Both the position numbers and the translations under genes were made by a program. A stretch of DNA of 64,000 nt from Cetorhinus maximus (Eukaryota), in assembly GCF_964194155.1 (NCBI RefSeq), contig NC_135901.1:25296001-25360000 (forward strand). The letters are read 5' to 3'. The notes beneath the pieces are model-generated. The model ran no database searches. It was not told the DNA's origin and saw nothing but the letters and a program-made list of their open reading frames with translations. Positions 12,410 through 25,175 of this stretch are shown here, one piece after another (within the stretch, counting starts at the first letter, position 1; every line of letters begins with the position of its first letter).

Positions 12410-13045
12410 AGGATGTGGGCATCAGTCCAAAAAGAGGTTCTACCAACTACATAACTGAGCAATATTGTGTATGAATTTCAGTGCCAGTGCAGTGCCAGGT
12501 ATGAAGGACGTACATCCCAGTGATTGACTGATTGAATCAAACAGCATGTTCCTTCGCTTCTTCCTAATAGGTAGAGTACCAGCCCGCGCTTGCAAAACCA
12601 AAAACACAACGTCTACTGTTAGATGTGATTCCACCATTGGACAACACCTGCTGAACAATCCAGAGTGTGCTAATGGCTACACTAACAACCAATTTAAGGT
12701 AATCAGTCAAGCTTGTAACATGGCTCATTTCTGTTTTCTAGAAGTGACACATTCATATGCAGCGACCCACTCCCTACAAACCAAAGGAATGTTTTCAAGC
12801 CTTGCACCTTTTTTGAATAACCCAGAAGTTGGGGAACCTATAGATTCATGTTGATTTCTCCATGGCAATGCCTCAGCCAATCATAGTTCACTTGCCAACC
12901 AATCAGCATCGGTTTCCCCTGTAGTATATGTTGTTGTGATCATTTGAAATTTGGCATTCTTGTGTTTGTCCTGATCAGTACAAGATGAAAACCTTCGGCA
13001 ACATGTCTCCCTTTTCAGAATATTTAAGTTTTGCACTACCAAAGA
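12410..13045 (+). mobile_element. Penelope-like element 3' fragment, second family (GIY-YIG, degenerate hammerhead)
   Basis: Translation NIVYEFQCQCSARYEGRTSQ*LTD*IKQHVP and STIGQHLLNNPEC. Tail gtcCTGATCAgtacaagatGAAA at ~12968-12991. Confidence 0.75.
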
Positions 13046-13424
13046 ACTGTATGTTGTTTTATGTTCCTTAATAACGTAATATCATAATGGAGGTGTCACT
13101 GAGAAGAATATGTAAGTCAGTAAGAATCGTCAGCAAGGATTAATCAGCACTTCCTAATTGGAGATATTAATCAGTGGAACTCTTCAGACACTGAATCGTA
13201 GATTTTGTACCAAAAATCAATTTAAGATTGAAGTAAAAGTTCATAGAGTTATTATAAACAAGTTCCAGTTGAGAGTTCTTGAATTAAAACAAAATATCAC
13301 AGGTGGTGCTTTTGAAAAGGGGCACCACAGCCCTGAAAATCAGCAACAGGTCCAGAATATTAAACTCCAGCTAATTATAGGGGTTGTTAACATCAGCAGA
13401 AACAAACCCAATATTGTCAGACTA

Positions 13425-14417
13425 TCAGTCCTGGGTGTTATTAACAGGAGCAACAACACCAGAATCCAACCCCTGCAGATACTTGTGAACTTGCTGGTGT
13501 GTTAGCAGATGGGATGATCGAGTGTATCCCTTCCCACACTCAGAGCAGGTGAACGGCCTCTCCCCAGTGTGGGTGAGTTTGTGTAAATGCAGGCTGCCGG
13601 ACTGAGTGAATCCCTTCCCACACACGGAGCAAGTGAATGGTCTCTCCCCAGTGTGAGTGCGTTGGTGAGCAGTGAGAATTGATAACTGCCTGAAACTCTT
13701 TCCACAGTGAGTACAGCTGAATGGCTTATCCTCAGTGTGAATTCGCTGGTGTGACAGAAGGCTGGATGAATTTGTGAAATCCTTCCCACACACAGAGCAG
13801 GTGAATGGCCTCTCCCCCGTGTGAACTCGCTTGTGTGCGTTGAGATTGGATGAAGACCTGAATCTCTTTCCACAGTAAGTGCAGCTGAATGGTCTCTCCT
13901 CAGTATGAACTCGCTGGTGTGACAGCAGGTTAGATGAAAGAGTAAATCCCTTCCCACACACAGAACAGGTGAACGGCTTCTCCCCTGTGTGAATTCGCTG
14001 GTGTGACCAAAGACCGGATGGCCCAGCGAAATCCTTCCCACACAAGGAGCAGGTGAATGGCCTCTCCCCAGTATGAACTCGCTGATGTGCGTTGAGGTTG
14101 GATGAACACGAGAACTTCTTTTCACAGTAAGTGCAGCTGAAAGGTCTCTCCTCAGTGTGAATACTTTGGTGTGACAGCAGGTAGGATGACAAAGTGAATC
14201 CCTTCCCACACTCAGAGCAGGTGAATGGCTTCTCCCCAGTGTGACTGCGTCGATGGATTTCCAGCAGGTATGGATAATTGAATCCTTTCCCACATTCCTC
14301 ACATTTCCACGGTTTCTCCAGGGTGCCAGCCCCAATGTGATTGCGTTTATGGATTTCCAGTCGGGATGGATATTTGAATCCTTTCCCACAGTCCCCACAT
14401 TTCCATGGTTTCTCCAT
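13425..14417 (-). CDS. C2H2 zinc-finger protein C (11 fingers, intact)
   Basis: Open frame from accATGgagaaa at 14417. Acceptor ttttccAG at 14785-14786. Confidence 0.9.
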   Translation of the reverse strand: MEKPWKCGDCGKGFKYPSRLEIHKRNHIGAGTLEKPWKCEECGKGFNYPYLLEIHRRSHTGEKPFTCSECGKGFTLSSYLLSHQSIHTEERPFSCTYCEKKFSCSSNLNAHQRVHTGERPFTCSLCGKDFAGPSGLWSHQRIHTGEKPFTCSVCGKGFTLSSNLLSHQRVHTEERPFSCTYCGKRFRSSSNLNAHKRVHTGERPFTCSVCGKDFTNSSSLLSHQRIHTEDKPFSCTHCGKSFRQLSILTAHQRTHTGERPFTCSVCGKGFTQSGSLHLHKLTHTGERPFTCSECGKGYTRSSHLLTHQQVHKYLQGLDSGVVAPVNNTQD

Positions 14418-14456
14418 GGTGCCGGTGTCCTTGTGTCTCTCCAGTTTGGACAATCA

Positions 14457-14552
<96 letters not shown>

Positions 14553-15614
14553 TCAACAGTCAGTGCCTGGAACACTCTCACGCAGGTATCTGTGTGTCTC
14601 TTGGTGCTTTTTTACTCGTACTGAATTTTGAAATCTTCTTCCACAGACAGAACAGGGAAATATTTCTCTTTCCACAGTCAAAAGCCAATGATATTTAGGT
14701 CATGATGAAGCATGTGGCTCTGTCAGATCTTGACGTGAAGTTTAGTTTGAGTTTCCTGCCTGTAAATATTCCTCTTCAAATACCCTGGAAAAGGAGTTCA
14801 CAAAACTAATTCAGAACAGACAATTCTACTTTGTATGGAACATTTTTCCTCTCGTTTACCCAAAAGCTGTAAATCCTCGTCCCACACACTCTCCCTCCTC
14901 CCTGGGCTGAAATCCAAACTCATCGCACCATCTCCACCATTTCATGGCTGCACTACCAGTCTCCATACCCCCTGACCCCCACTCTGGCTGAGTCCAGTTT
15001 GCCAGCCCATGTGTAGAGGGAGAGTCAAATCAAGAGTAAATAATTTTCTCTCCTGGTCACAGGACCCCGAAGTCCCACCTACTCTGTGTTGCATTACCAC
15101 AATGGCCACACATGTACTCTGCTCGCCGCTGAAACATGACGACCACCAACAAGGGCCTGTTTCCAGGAAAGGCTGCATTTATTTGTGCTACAACACCAGG
15201 GGAAGTACTTCCTGCATCAACACAAAGACAGTGTGAGTCGTGGAAAGCAAGAGTCGCTTTTAAGTGCAGCTGGTGCCTTATATCTCATTTTACCATTTGC
15301 TGCTGGACTGATGTTCTAAATTAAGTTTTGAAATACAAGCTGAAATCTGGTATCAGGGAGTAAATTAAAACACGATCATGTTAGGATTGACTGTTCCCCA
15401 AAATCCTGTCAGTCAAATTCTCATCAGAAACACATCAGGGGATTGTATTTTAATAGGTCTTTTCACAGATGCCATAAGATGACTTATTTTTAAATATATA
15501 TGAACATATTCTTCAGTAAATAAATAATAAATAACGATATTTAATAAAACAACCACCCAATGTGGGGTTTGACACTCTGACTCTGGGTTTCTGATCTCCA
15601 TTAACCACTAACTG

Positions 15615-16085
15615 AGCGGCCGCTTTGCGGATCCACAAAGTGTTTCCAAATCCTCTCCGTCCAGCCGCCGGCTCCATCGCTCCCTCCCCCCGGGCCTGTC
15701 ACCGCGGGGTAAACACGGGGCCTGCGGCCTACCCCAGAAGTTGATCCACTTCCCAGTCCAGCCGCGGTTTCCATTCCTACCCTGTGCTCACAATCTCCTC
15801 CCGCTTCCCGAACCGTCTGCTTCTCCTCACTCTGTCACCATGACTGACACTGAGCATGCTCAGAGCGCACACCCACACTGCACCTGCGCACTGGGAGCCG
15901 GGCTCACCGGCCGTCGCCATCTTGGGAGAGGAAAGCGAGTCTGTTCAGGGAGCCGAGCGTATGGGCGGCCATCTTAGTGAGGGAACGAGTGAATGAGGAT
16001 GGGGCTTCCTCCCCGGTGACAGGCCCGGGTTACCCGGGAAACCGGCCGCCGCCATCTTGTGCTGAGGGTTTTCCATCCGGGTCTT
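15615..16085. promoter_or_regulatory. CpG island between divergent ZNF C and D
   Basis: High CpG content, three YY1-type gccatctt motifs (~15916, ~15968, ~16051) and NRF1-like gagcatgctc / tgcgca. Confidence 0.7.
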
Positions 16086-16204
16086 AAGTGAAGAAATGGA
16101 CAATGAGCTGGAGTCAGTTTGAAAACTGTTCAGAGGAAGGTCTGAAATCAGATTTACATCCAGATACCTGTAAGGACAATAAAGTTTACATCAATTATGT
16201 GTTT

Positions 16205-16365
16205 AAAATGAAATCAGAATGCTGGAAATACTCAGTTCTGAAGAAGAATCAAATTGGATTGGAAATGTTAAATCTGTTTCTCTCTTCACAGAAGCTGCCA
16301 AACCTGCTGAGGATTTCCAGAACTTTCTGTTTTTATTTCAGATTTCCAGCATCCACCGTATTTTA
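16205..16365 (+). mobile_element. Penelope-like terminal repeat fragment with decayed hammerhead and a short inverted arm
   Basis: cagttCTGAAGAagaatc...gattgGAAAtgtt followed by the family tail gatttccagcatcc. Confidence 0.65.
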
Positions 16366-16659
16366 CTAAAATTATTATGTTTCTTTGCAATTTTGTTGGA
16401 TAATTAGTTAAGACTAAAATAATTGTTACCATTTAAATGTACAAATCAGTGATATTTATTTGTGTAACTGAGACTCGGCTGTTCAGGAACAATGTCAGAA
16501 ATCATCACAGAAAATATAGTGGAAATCTGGAATTCTGTTGAGATTCAGACAATTGAAAATAAATAACACAGATTGCCAGACGTTTGTGAGGCAAGAGAGT
16601 ATTAGCGGTCATGGAATCAAGGCAGTTGGATGGATTTAACATAGAAGTCTGGTATCGGC

Positions 16660-18570
16660 ACACTGGAGCTCAATGTCTGAGCTTGGACTAATTCTGGTTT
16701 TGTTTTGAAGGTGGTGTAGGTTTCACGTCTGCTCTGTAGATTATCTCCACGCCCACGGGTAATTTGCTCAAGGTGAAATGCAGAGAGGAAAATGGAGAAG
16801 AGGGTTGATGCAATGACACAGCCTTGTCTGATCCCAGTCTTCACTGAGATACAGTCTGTGATGGTTCTGTTGATGAGGTTCATGGCTTTCATGTCATTGT
16901 GGAGTAGGCAGAAGATGGTGGCAAATTTGAGGAGGATACGGGATAAAATGTCACAGTTTGACTGTGTAAAAGGCTTTTGTGAGGACAAAAAAGGTCAGGT
17001 ACAGCAGTTGGTGCTGTTCCTTGCAATTTTCTTGGGTTTGCCACACAGTAAGGATCATGTTTGTGGTGCCTTTCGATGGGGGAAACCACACTGTGAACCT
17101 GGAAGGGGCTCTTTGGCCATTAAGAGAGGTGATTGAGGAGGATCCTTGCAATGATCTTCCCTGTGGCAGGCAGCAGGGAGACTCTTCTGTAATTTCTGCA
17201 AATGGACTTATCTCCCTTCCTGAATATAGTCACAATCGCAGTGTCCCAGAGATTCCCCGACATGGACTCCTCTTCGCTGATGAGGGATATGAGGTTGTGC
17301 AGCCGTGCCAGGAGTGTAACACCACCATGTTTCAGAATTTCAGCAGGGATTCCATCTGCTCTAGAAGTCTTGTTGTTTTCAGCTGTCAAATGTTTTTTCA
17401 TTTTCGTGCTGGACGTGACAGCACTGAGACTGAGCCAGACGGGTTATTGAGTAGTGGAGTTGAGGACATTCAAGTCGAAGGCAGTGTCTTGGTTGAGGAG
17501 CTCTTCAGAATATTCTCTCCAGTGAGCACTGGTTGACTCTCTGTCCTTGATGAGCTCCTTCCATGCTTGGCTGTCAGGGAGGTTGGCCCTTGAGTGCTTG
17601 GGTCATAGATTGTCTTGATAGCGCTGAGGAAACCACACATGTTGGTGTTCACGAGTTGTTGGATCTCCCCACATTATCTTGTAGGTTTTACTACCTACCA
17701 ACACCCCCACCACACTCCCCACTCCGTCGCTGAAGAACAATGGTGAACCCTCGAAATATGGACCATTTTCTGTATCTTGGGAGCCTCCTCTTGATGAAGG
17801 CAGACATAGACGACAAAATTCATCACCACCTCTAATGTTCCAGCTCAGCCTTCAGCCAAATGATGAACAGAGCATTTGAGGACCAGGATGTCAAACCCGA
17901 GACTCAGACCCTGGTTTACCAGGCGGCAGTGATCCCCGTGCTCCTAAAGGCTTCGGAGACTTGGACAATCTACATCACGCACCTCAGAATGCTGGAGAAG
18001 TCCCACCAACGGTGCCTTCACAAGATCCTCCAAATCCAGTGGCAAGAAAAGCGGTCCAACAGCAGCGTCCTCTCCCAAGCCAACTTGCCCATCACTGAGG
18101 CGCTGATCATTCTAAACAGGCTCTGCTGGGCGGGACATGTTGTTCGTATTCCTGACACCAGACACTCAAAGCAACTGCTGTACTCAGAACTCAAGTCACA
18201 GCAGGAGACTGTTAGGAAGTCAGCAGAAACACTTTAGTAATCTCCTTAACACACCCTTGAAGAGATCAGATATCCTCACCAACTCATGGGAGACCCTGGA
18301 TCGTGACTGGTTAAAACAGAGAAGGCTCATTTGGGAAGGCATCGAATACATTGAGAAACTTGGTCGGGAACACACAGAGGTGAAGTTGAGGCAATTGAGA
18401 GAGTGCACAAACCTCCAAACCACCCATCTACCCAACCCTTTAGGCACTACCTGCCCTGCATGTAGCAGTGTCTGCAGATCAGGCATTGGACTTAAAAGCC
18501 ATTTCAGAACCCATCAAACCAGAGTGGAGACAAGTCATCCTTGATCCAGATCGACTGCCTAAGAAATAGG
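16660..18570. mobile_element. RTE-clade LINE with inverted 5' part (minus ~16660-17665, plus ~17690-18570)
   Basis: Minus: DGIPAEILKHGG, NYRRVSLL, VKTGIRQGCVIASTLF. Plus: YLGS, HQRCLHKILQIQW, RLCWAGHVVR and C-terminal CPACSSVCRSGIGLKSHFRTH. Confidence 0.85.
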
Positions 18571-19351
18571 CAGACATGGGAAGTGGGGCTCCCTTCCTGG
18601 TGACATGCCCAGGTTACCCAGACTACCGGTTGCCATTTGAGAGATGAGGGCAGGCCTTGTTCAGCCAGCCGGGTGCATCCCTGGCCATCTTGGTGAGGGG
18701 ACATTGGGTAATCAGGGCTTCAGGGTCCCAGTGACCAGGAGAGAAAATGATTGATTAATTGATTTTATTCTCAGTTTGCACACAAGAGCTGGAGAACTGG
18801 ACCCAGCCAGAGGAGAGGGAGGGAGAAAACTGGGAATGGAGGACAGAAACTTAACTGGAATCTGCACAGGGAAGACGGGGTGTGGGATGGGGTTTTACAG
18901 CTTTGAGGGAAAATATGTTACACAGAAACTTGAATTGTCTGTTCTGAATTTCTATCCTGGACTGACATGATGACTTTTGTGAACTCTTTTTACAGGGTAT
19001 TGTTAGGTGAGGATTGGCAAGCAGGAAACTCAAACTAAACATCATTTCGAGATCTGAGTCTTTCGATTCATCAGGACTTGAATATCATCAGCCTTTTAAT
19101 GTAAAAAGAGAAATGTTTGTCTTCTGTTTGTGGGAAAAGATTTCAAACATCAGTGTAACTGGAAAATCACCGAGACACACACATCCAAGTGAGAGCGTTC
19201 CAGTGAACTGACTGTGGAAAGAGCTTTAACCAGTTACACAGCCTGAAAAAACAGCACACCATTCACAGTGGGGAGAAACCATACACATCTTCTGTGTGAA
19301 CGAGACTTCAACTGATCATCCAACCTGGAGAGACACAAGAACCCCAATGTC

Positions 19352-20254
19352 ATGGAGAAACCGTGTAAATGTGGGGATTGTGGGAAGGGATTCAATTACC
19401 CATCTGACCTGGAAATTCATCATCGCATTCACACTGGGGAGAGGCCGTTCATGTGTTCTGAGTGTGGGAAGGGATTCACTCAATTATCCAGCCTACGTAC
19501 ACACCAGAGAAATCACACTGGGGAGAGACCGTTCACTTGCTCTGAATGTGGGAAGGGATTCACTAGGTCACCCACCCTGCTGAAACACCAGCGGATTCAC
19601 ACTGGGGAGAGGCCCTTCACCTGCTCCGAGTGTGGGAAGGGATTTACCAGTTCTTCCAACCTACTGATACACCAGCGAGTTCACACTGGGGAGAGGCCGT
19701 TCACCTGCCACAAGTGTGGGAAGGGATTTGTCGATTTATCCACCCTGCTGAAACACCAGCCAGTTCACTCTGATGAGAGACCTTTTAAATGCCCAGATTG
19801 CAAAAAGTGCTATAAAAGTTCCAGGGAACTGATGCGCCATCAACGTGTTCACACTGACGAGAGGCCATTCAGATGCTGTCAGTGTGGGACTGGGTTCAAG
19901 ACATCATCTGATCTCACAATACATCAGCGGGTTCACACTGGGGAAAGGCCATTCATCTGCTCTGTGTGTGGGAAGGGATTCACTCATTCATCCAACCTCC
20001 TGAGACACCAGCGAGTTCACTCTGATATGAGAACTTTTAAATGTTCTGACTGTGAGGAGAGCTTTAAAAACAGCAGTGATCTGCTGAGACACCAATGCAC
20101 TCACACTGGAGAGAGGCCGTTCATCTGCTCTGTGTGTGGGAAGGATTCTCTCGGACATTCACCCTGCTGCAACACCAGCGAGTTCACACAGGGGAGAGGC
20201 CATTCACCTGCTCCATGTGTGGGAAAGGAATCATTGATTCATCCCACCTGCTGA
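19352..20254 (+). CDS. C2H2 zinc-finger protein D (9 intact fingers; a 1-nt frameshift near 20142 removes the last two)
   Basis: 300-aa ORF. Finger sequence continues in another frame to TAG 20272-20274. Acceptor ttttacAG at 18994-18995. Confidence 0.85.
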   Translation: MEKPCKCGDCGKGFNYPSDLEIHHRIHTGERPFMCSECGKGFTQLSSLRTHQRNHTGERPFTCSECGKGFTRSPTLLKHQRIHTGERPFTCSECGKGFTSSSNLLIHQRVHTGERPFTCHKCGKGFVDLSTLLKHQPVHSDERPFKCPDCKKCYKSSRELMRHQRVHTDERPFRCCQCGTGFKTSSDLTIHQRVHTGERPFICSVCGKGFTHSSNLLRHQRVHSDMRTFKCSDCEESFKNSSDLLRHQCTHTGERPFICSVCGKDSLGHSPCCNTSEFTQGRGHSPAPCVGKESLIHPTC

Positions 20255-22030
20255 GACTTCAACAAGTCCACTAGTGACGACTGGGTTTGTGTTGTGTCCT
20301 TATTGCTGCTGTTAATCACATCCAGGACTGAACTTATGGGTTAATCCTGAGGTGTGGAAGAAATGTGTCACAGCCGCTCTCTTCCATGGTTCAGAGCTCC
20401 TAGATACAGAACAGAAAGCTCCTTTACAACTGGGTTTAGAGTCAGGAAGAACAACGGTGAATGCTGGAAACATGCTGTCAAATCAGAGATTGGTGTAAAA
20501 CTGTGATCTGTTCCTGACTGAGAGTGAAACGGCAGGTTTAAGTTTCCAGTCTGAAAATGACTGTGGTAATTATGGTACGAGGATTTAAAATGTTTGTGGG
20601 ATATTCCTGGGTCTACCAATGTAAGGGAAGAAGTAGTTGCATTTCTACATGGATCCTTTAACCTCTCTCACCTTCCATTAACTTCAATGTAATGGAAACT
20701 GACAGTTGGAACCTGTCAACATTTGAAAGATATTTACAAATGATTCAAGGGTTTCTTACAAGTTGGGATCTTCCTCTGTTCTGTCCACTTGAGGTGTTCG
20801 ATAACAGACTTTCTCCTATGAATATCGAGCTGGAATATTGAGCTGTGATGTGTTTCCTTGTTCATCTTGTTGACTCTAAATATTGAATCTTGTGGTTTCA
20901 GACACCAGATAATCAAGCTCACAACATCAGATTGTCTTTTCCTGACTTTATTAACAGCACTGCAATCATACAGACAGAGTAATTCCTTACATGGTTCCGG
21001 TCCTCAGTGAAGTACTTATAAATGTCATCATTAATATACTTCAGAGCCTGTAATATAGGAATGGTGGATTGGTGTGTAATTTTAATATAAGTTTAATTCA
21101 ATATTCCTTCTTCTAATATCTCGTCCACCTCTTCCGTTACTTACTGTATTTGTTTGCCAATTTTTGTTATTACAGATTGTCACATATTCTCATGTTTTTA
21201 ATTAGATTATAGTCTCTATATTTAATTTTATGAGTTTTCTTGCTGTAAGTTACCTTTGAGCTGTGAATGTATTTCTTGAATAAAACACTGTTATATTGAA
21301 AAAATGTAGTTACCCGATCCAGAGAATAAAGATAATACAGCGGATTCAGAGTTCCCTTCTCCCCAGCTCTGATCTAACAAGCTGCAGCTGCACTGGAGAT
21401 ATTTATAATTAACTTGTTCACTACATCCGTGATCTGACCCTGCTCAAACCATAACCACAAGGATATCTGTGCATTGTTCTGAGTGTGAGCACAAGGCTGT
21501 GTTACTATCACACACAGATACCGTTTCCTTGGTTCACATCTACATACGAAGACCAGCTCTTTACACATCCCCTTTCTACACAATTGCAGCAGACATGGGC
21601 AAGTATGAGAGACTCATTAATATTCTCCCACATTTCATAACAGCAAAGGTTCCACTGGGACAAAGGATTCAGGCATTTTCCATTACAGGCAAAATACAGA
21701 GCAGTACAGGAGCACACTAACAGTTTAAAAGAGTCTCATCAGCCTGCTGGTTCCTGTTAAGCTTATGAGGATTTAAATTTAAACCTCCTTTACAGGTGTG
21801 ATTATTCAAAGGTGAGAGAGATGCTGTGGGACACACACTAATTCCAGTACCTGAAAGTGATTAATAGATTGGGTTTTGTGTTTAGTAATCCCATGTGTGT
21901 TACCGATACCTTCCCTGGATCCCAAGGCCAGGGAAAATACTCTGGAAGGTATGGGGAGCTGGGAATTGTCCTTGAGAGTAACTGAAGGTCTGAGAATTGA
22001 AATACTCTGAAGTTAGAAAGGAGAAAAGGT

Positions 22031-23440
22031 TCAGTCCTGGACATGGTCCTCAGCAGCAACAACACAATCCAACTTTGTCAGTGACATGTGAAGTTGCTGG
22101 TGTTTCAGCAGGCTGGACGAGCAAGTAAATCTCTTCTCACACACGGAGCAGGTGAGCAGCCTCTTCCTGGTGTGAACTCGCTCGTGTCTCACCAGATCAA
22201 ATGACTGAGCAATTTCTTTCCACACACGGAGCAGGTGAATGGCCTCTCCCCAGTGTGGATGTGTTGGTGTCTCTGGAGGCTGGACGACTCAGTGAAACAT
22301 TTCCCACACACGGAGCACATGAACGCTCTCTCCCCGGTGTGAACAGGCTGGTGTCTCAGCAGATGGTGTAAACAAGTAAATCCCCTCCCGCACATGGGGC
22401 AAATGTACGGCCTCTCCCCGTTGGGAACACGCTCGTGTATCAAAACGCGGCTCAAACGAGGAAAGCTCTTCCCACACACGAAGCAGGTGAACGGTCTCTC
22501 CCCGGTGTGAATTCTCTTGTGTGTGAGCAGGGTGGATGACTGAGTGAATCTCTTTCCACACACAGAGCAAGGGAATGGTCTGTGCTCCGTGTGAATTCAC
22601 TTGTGCATTGAAAGGTGGGTTGAACGAGTGAATCCCTTCCCACACTCGGAGCAGCTGAATGGTCTCTCCCCAGTGTGAAATCACTTGTGTATCATAAGAT
22701 CAGATGACCGACTGTATCCCTTCCCACACATGGAGCAGGTGAATGGTCTCTCTCCAGTGTGAACTCGCTTATGTATCATAAGGTGGAATGAATAAGTGAA
22801 TCTCTTCCCACACACCGAGCAGGGGAACGGCCTCTCCCCAGTGTGAATGCACTGGTGTCTCAGCAGATTAATGCTTCTTTTAAAGGTCTTCTCACATTCA
22901 GTACACTTAAAAGGTCTCTTTTCTGAGTGAACCAATTGGTGCTCAGTGTAATGGGAGGACTGAGTGAATCTCTTCCCACACTGGGAGCAGCTGAACGGCC
23001 TGTCCTTGGTGTGAACTGGCTGGTGCTCAGTGAGATGCACTGACTTGCTGAACAACTCCCCACAGTGAGAGCAGTTGAACGGCCTCTCGTGTGTGTGGAG
23101 GAGCTGGTGCTCCGCGAGGCGGGAGGACAGCCTGAACCTCTTCCCGCAGTGGGAGCAGCTGAACGGTCTCTTGTCAGTGTGAACTCGCTGGTGTTGGACC
23201 AGTTCCTCAGAGGTTTCAAAGCTTTTCTCAGAGTCAGAGCATTGAAGAGGATCCTCATCAACGTGATCAAGCTGGTGTGCCAGCAGGTTGGATGAACACA
23301 TGAATTTCTTCCCACACATGGAGCAGGTGAACGGACTCTCACTATTGCGAGCGCACTGTCGTGTTAGCATGTTTACCAGCTGTATCAATCCCTTCACACA
23401 GGAGGAGCAGATGAACGGCCTCTCACCAGTTTCCAGCTGA
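22031..23440 (-). pseudogene. C2H2 zinc-finger gene E (~15 fingers), internal TGA at 22681-22683 and a frameshift near 22215
   Basis: ORFs 22681-23397, 22189-22563 and 22031-22225 form one finger array. Acceptor cttacAG at 23564-23565. The 5' half could still be translated. Confidence 0.8.
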
Positions 23441-23874
23441 GATGGTGAATTAAATCCCTTCAGATGTACAAATCTTCAGATCCCGATGAATTGAGTGACT
23501 TTCAGATTTTGACATAAGGTTTGGTTTGTTTTTCCTGACTGCAAATCCTCCTTTTCTAACACCCTGTAAGATAAGTTTACAATGAATTACACATAATATA
23601 CAGTAAACAAACAGGCCATTTGGCCCAACAGTCGCTGCGAGAGTTTCCAATCCACACGAGTCTCCTACTGTTCTGCCAACCTCATCTCAGCCTTTCAGCT
23701 TATCTTTTGAATCCCTTTTATCTCATGTTCTCATTTAGTTTCCTTTTGCAAGCATATTAAGTTATTTGTGTCAACCACTTCCAGTTGTGGTGAGTTCCAC
23801 ATTTTTAGTACTGCCTGAGGAAAGAAAGATCTCCTATTTCCCTGTTGGATTTATTAGTCTCTATGGTGTTTTCG

Positions 23875-24150
23875 AGAGGTTGTGGTGCAGTGGAAGTGTC
23901 CCTGCCTCTGAGCCTGAAGCTCCAGGTTCAAGTCCCACCCCAGGTCTTGATGGCCAAGGAAGGAGCGTTTATTATTCAACCAAACAGATTGAGTATCAAC
24001 CTGTAAATCCTACCAATGGTAGACAATAACAATGGGAGAGATTTTTGGTCATCCACATGAGATGGAAAGAAATTGGAACCTCTCCCATCACTATCCATAG
24101 CTCCAGGTTACAATATGCATGTAGAAGTGTCTGTTACCACAACAACATGG
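23875..24150 (+). mobile_element. tRNA-derived SINE
   Basis: A-box tggtgcagtgg and B-box ggttcaagtcc followed by a SINE body. Confidence 0.6.
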
Positions 24151-24379
24151 ATTCCATGGGCAGCTGGATGACCGTTGTGGATCCGATTGGTGCCAACAGC
24201 ACAGGATTAAATCCCCATTCTGGCTGGGGTGGATTCTGCACCTGCCTCCTTCGCCGACCTGTGATGGAGATTGTAAGGCTGTCAGTCGGAGCTGCCTTTG
24301 GGCAGAGAGCTGAAGAAGGCTCCCAGTATTGGAAAGACAACCCTATTCAGAATTTTAAAAACCTATATCAAAAGAGATG

Positions 24380-25175
24380 AACCTCATTTTTGATTTGAGT
24401 TTGCTGTGTGTAAATCCTCCCCTTCTAACCCCCTGTAAAAGGAGTTTCTAAAATGCATCCCTGTCAATCCAGGATACAATTTCACAACATTCTCTCCTGC
24501 TGACAGGGACAGGGATGATCGCGCATGCGCCCTGCTGAATATTGACCTTATTAAGATGGCGGCCGTTAACTCGGGCCTGTGACCGAGGAACAATCGCTAT
24601 TTTTCGCTACAACCATGAGAGCGGGAACTTCTTATCTGGGATTTGAGGCCTCCATCCGGGTGTGTGAAGGGTTGGCACAAACCCACCGGCTCCATTACTA
24701 TTCCGCACTCGGCTGTTTCTCTCCGCTTTACATTTGACACGACTGCCTCTGTTTGTTACTGTGGGGAGGGCGGGTTTGGGGCATAGACTTTCCCTCCGGC
24801 TCCATCCCTCCCGCTCCTCCGGCAGTTTCTCACTGGTTTCCACGTGACCTGTTCATACGTGCACTGCGCATGCTCCAGATCACAATGTCCGGTTGATTGA
24901 CGGCAGCTCCGGACCAATAGGGAGAAGGGGCGGAGCTGGAGGACCAAGCTGGAGTGGATGGTCCTCCAACCAATCAGGATGAATGGGGGCGGAACTTAAC
25001 CTGAATCTCCCTCATTGGCTGAAACTCTGCATCATTTTCAAAACTGATTTGTCTCAAACTCCAGGAGAAAACTGGACCTTTCTGTTTGTGGCTTTAAACA
25101 GACAAAACCCTGTGGGTGTGGAGCAAACATTTAAACATTTGTCAGTGAAATGGATTCATTCAGGACAGTCAGCAA
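24380..25175. promoter_or_regulatory. Promoter module of ZNF E with an extra copy of the acceptor segment
   Basis: NRF1 gcgcatgcgc at 24521-24530, YY1 aagatggcgg at 24553-24562, CCAAT boxes and a GC box at ~24910-25020. Homologous to 34226-34700 and 46680-46850. Confidence 0.75.

Noticed and set aside
20360-21305. Possible old L1/Tx1-like fragment ending in AATAAA and an A-run
   Set aside because: Too degenerate to assign by eye. It could be the 3' UTR of gene D.
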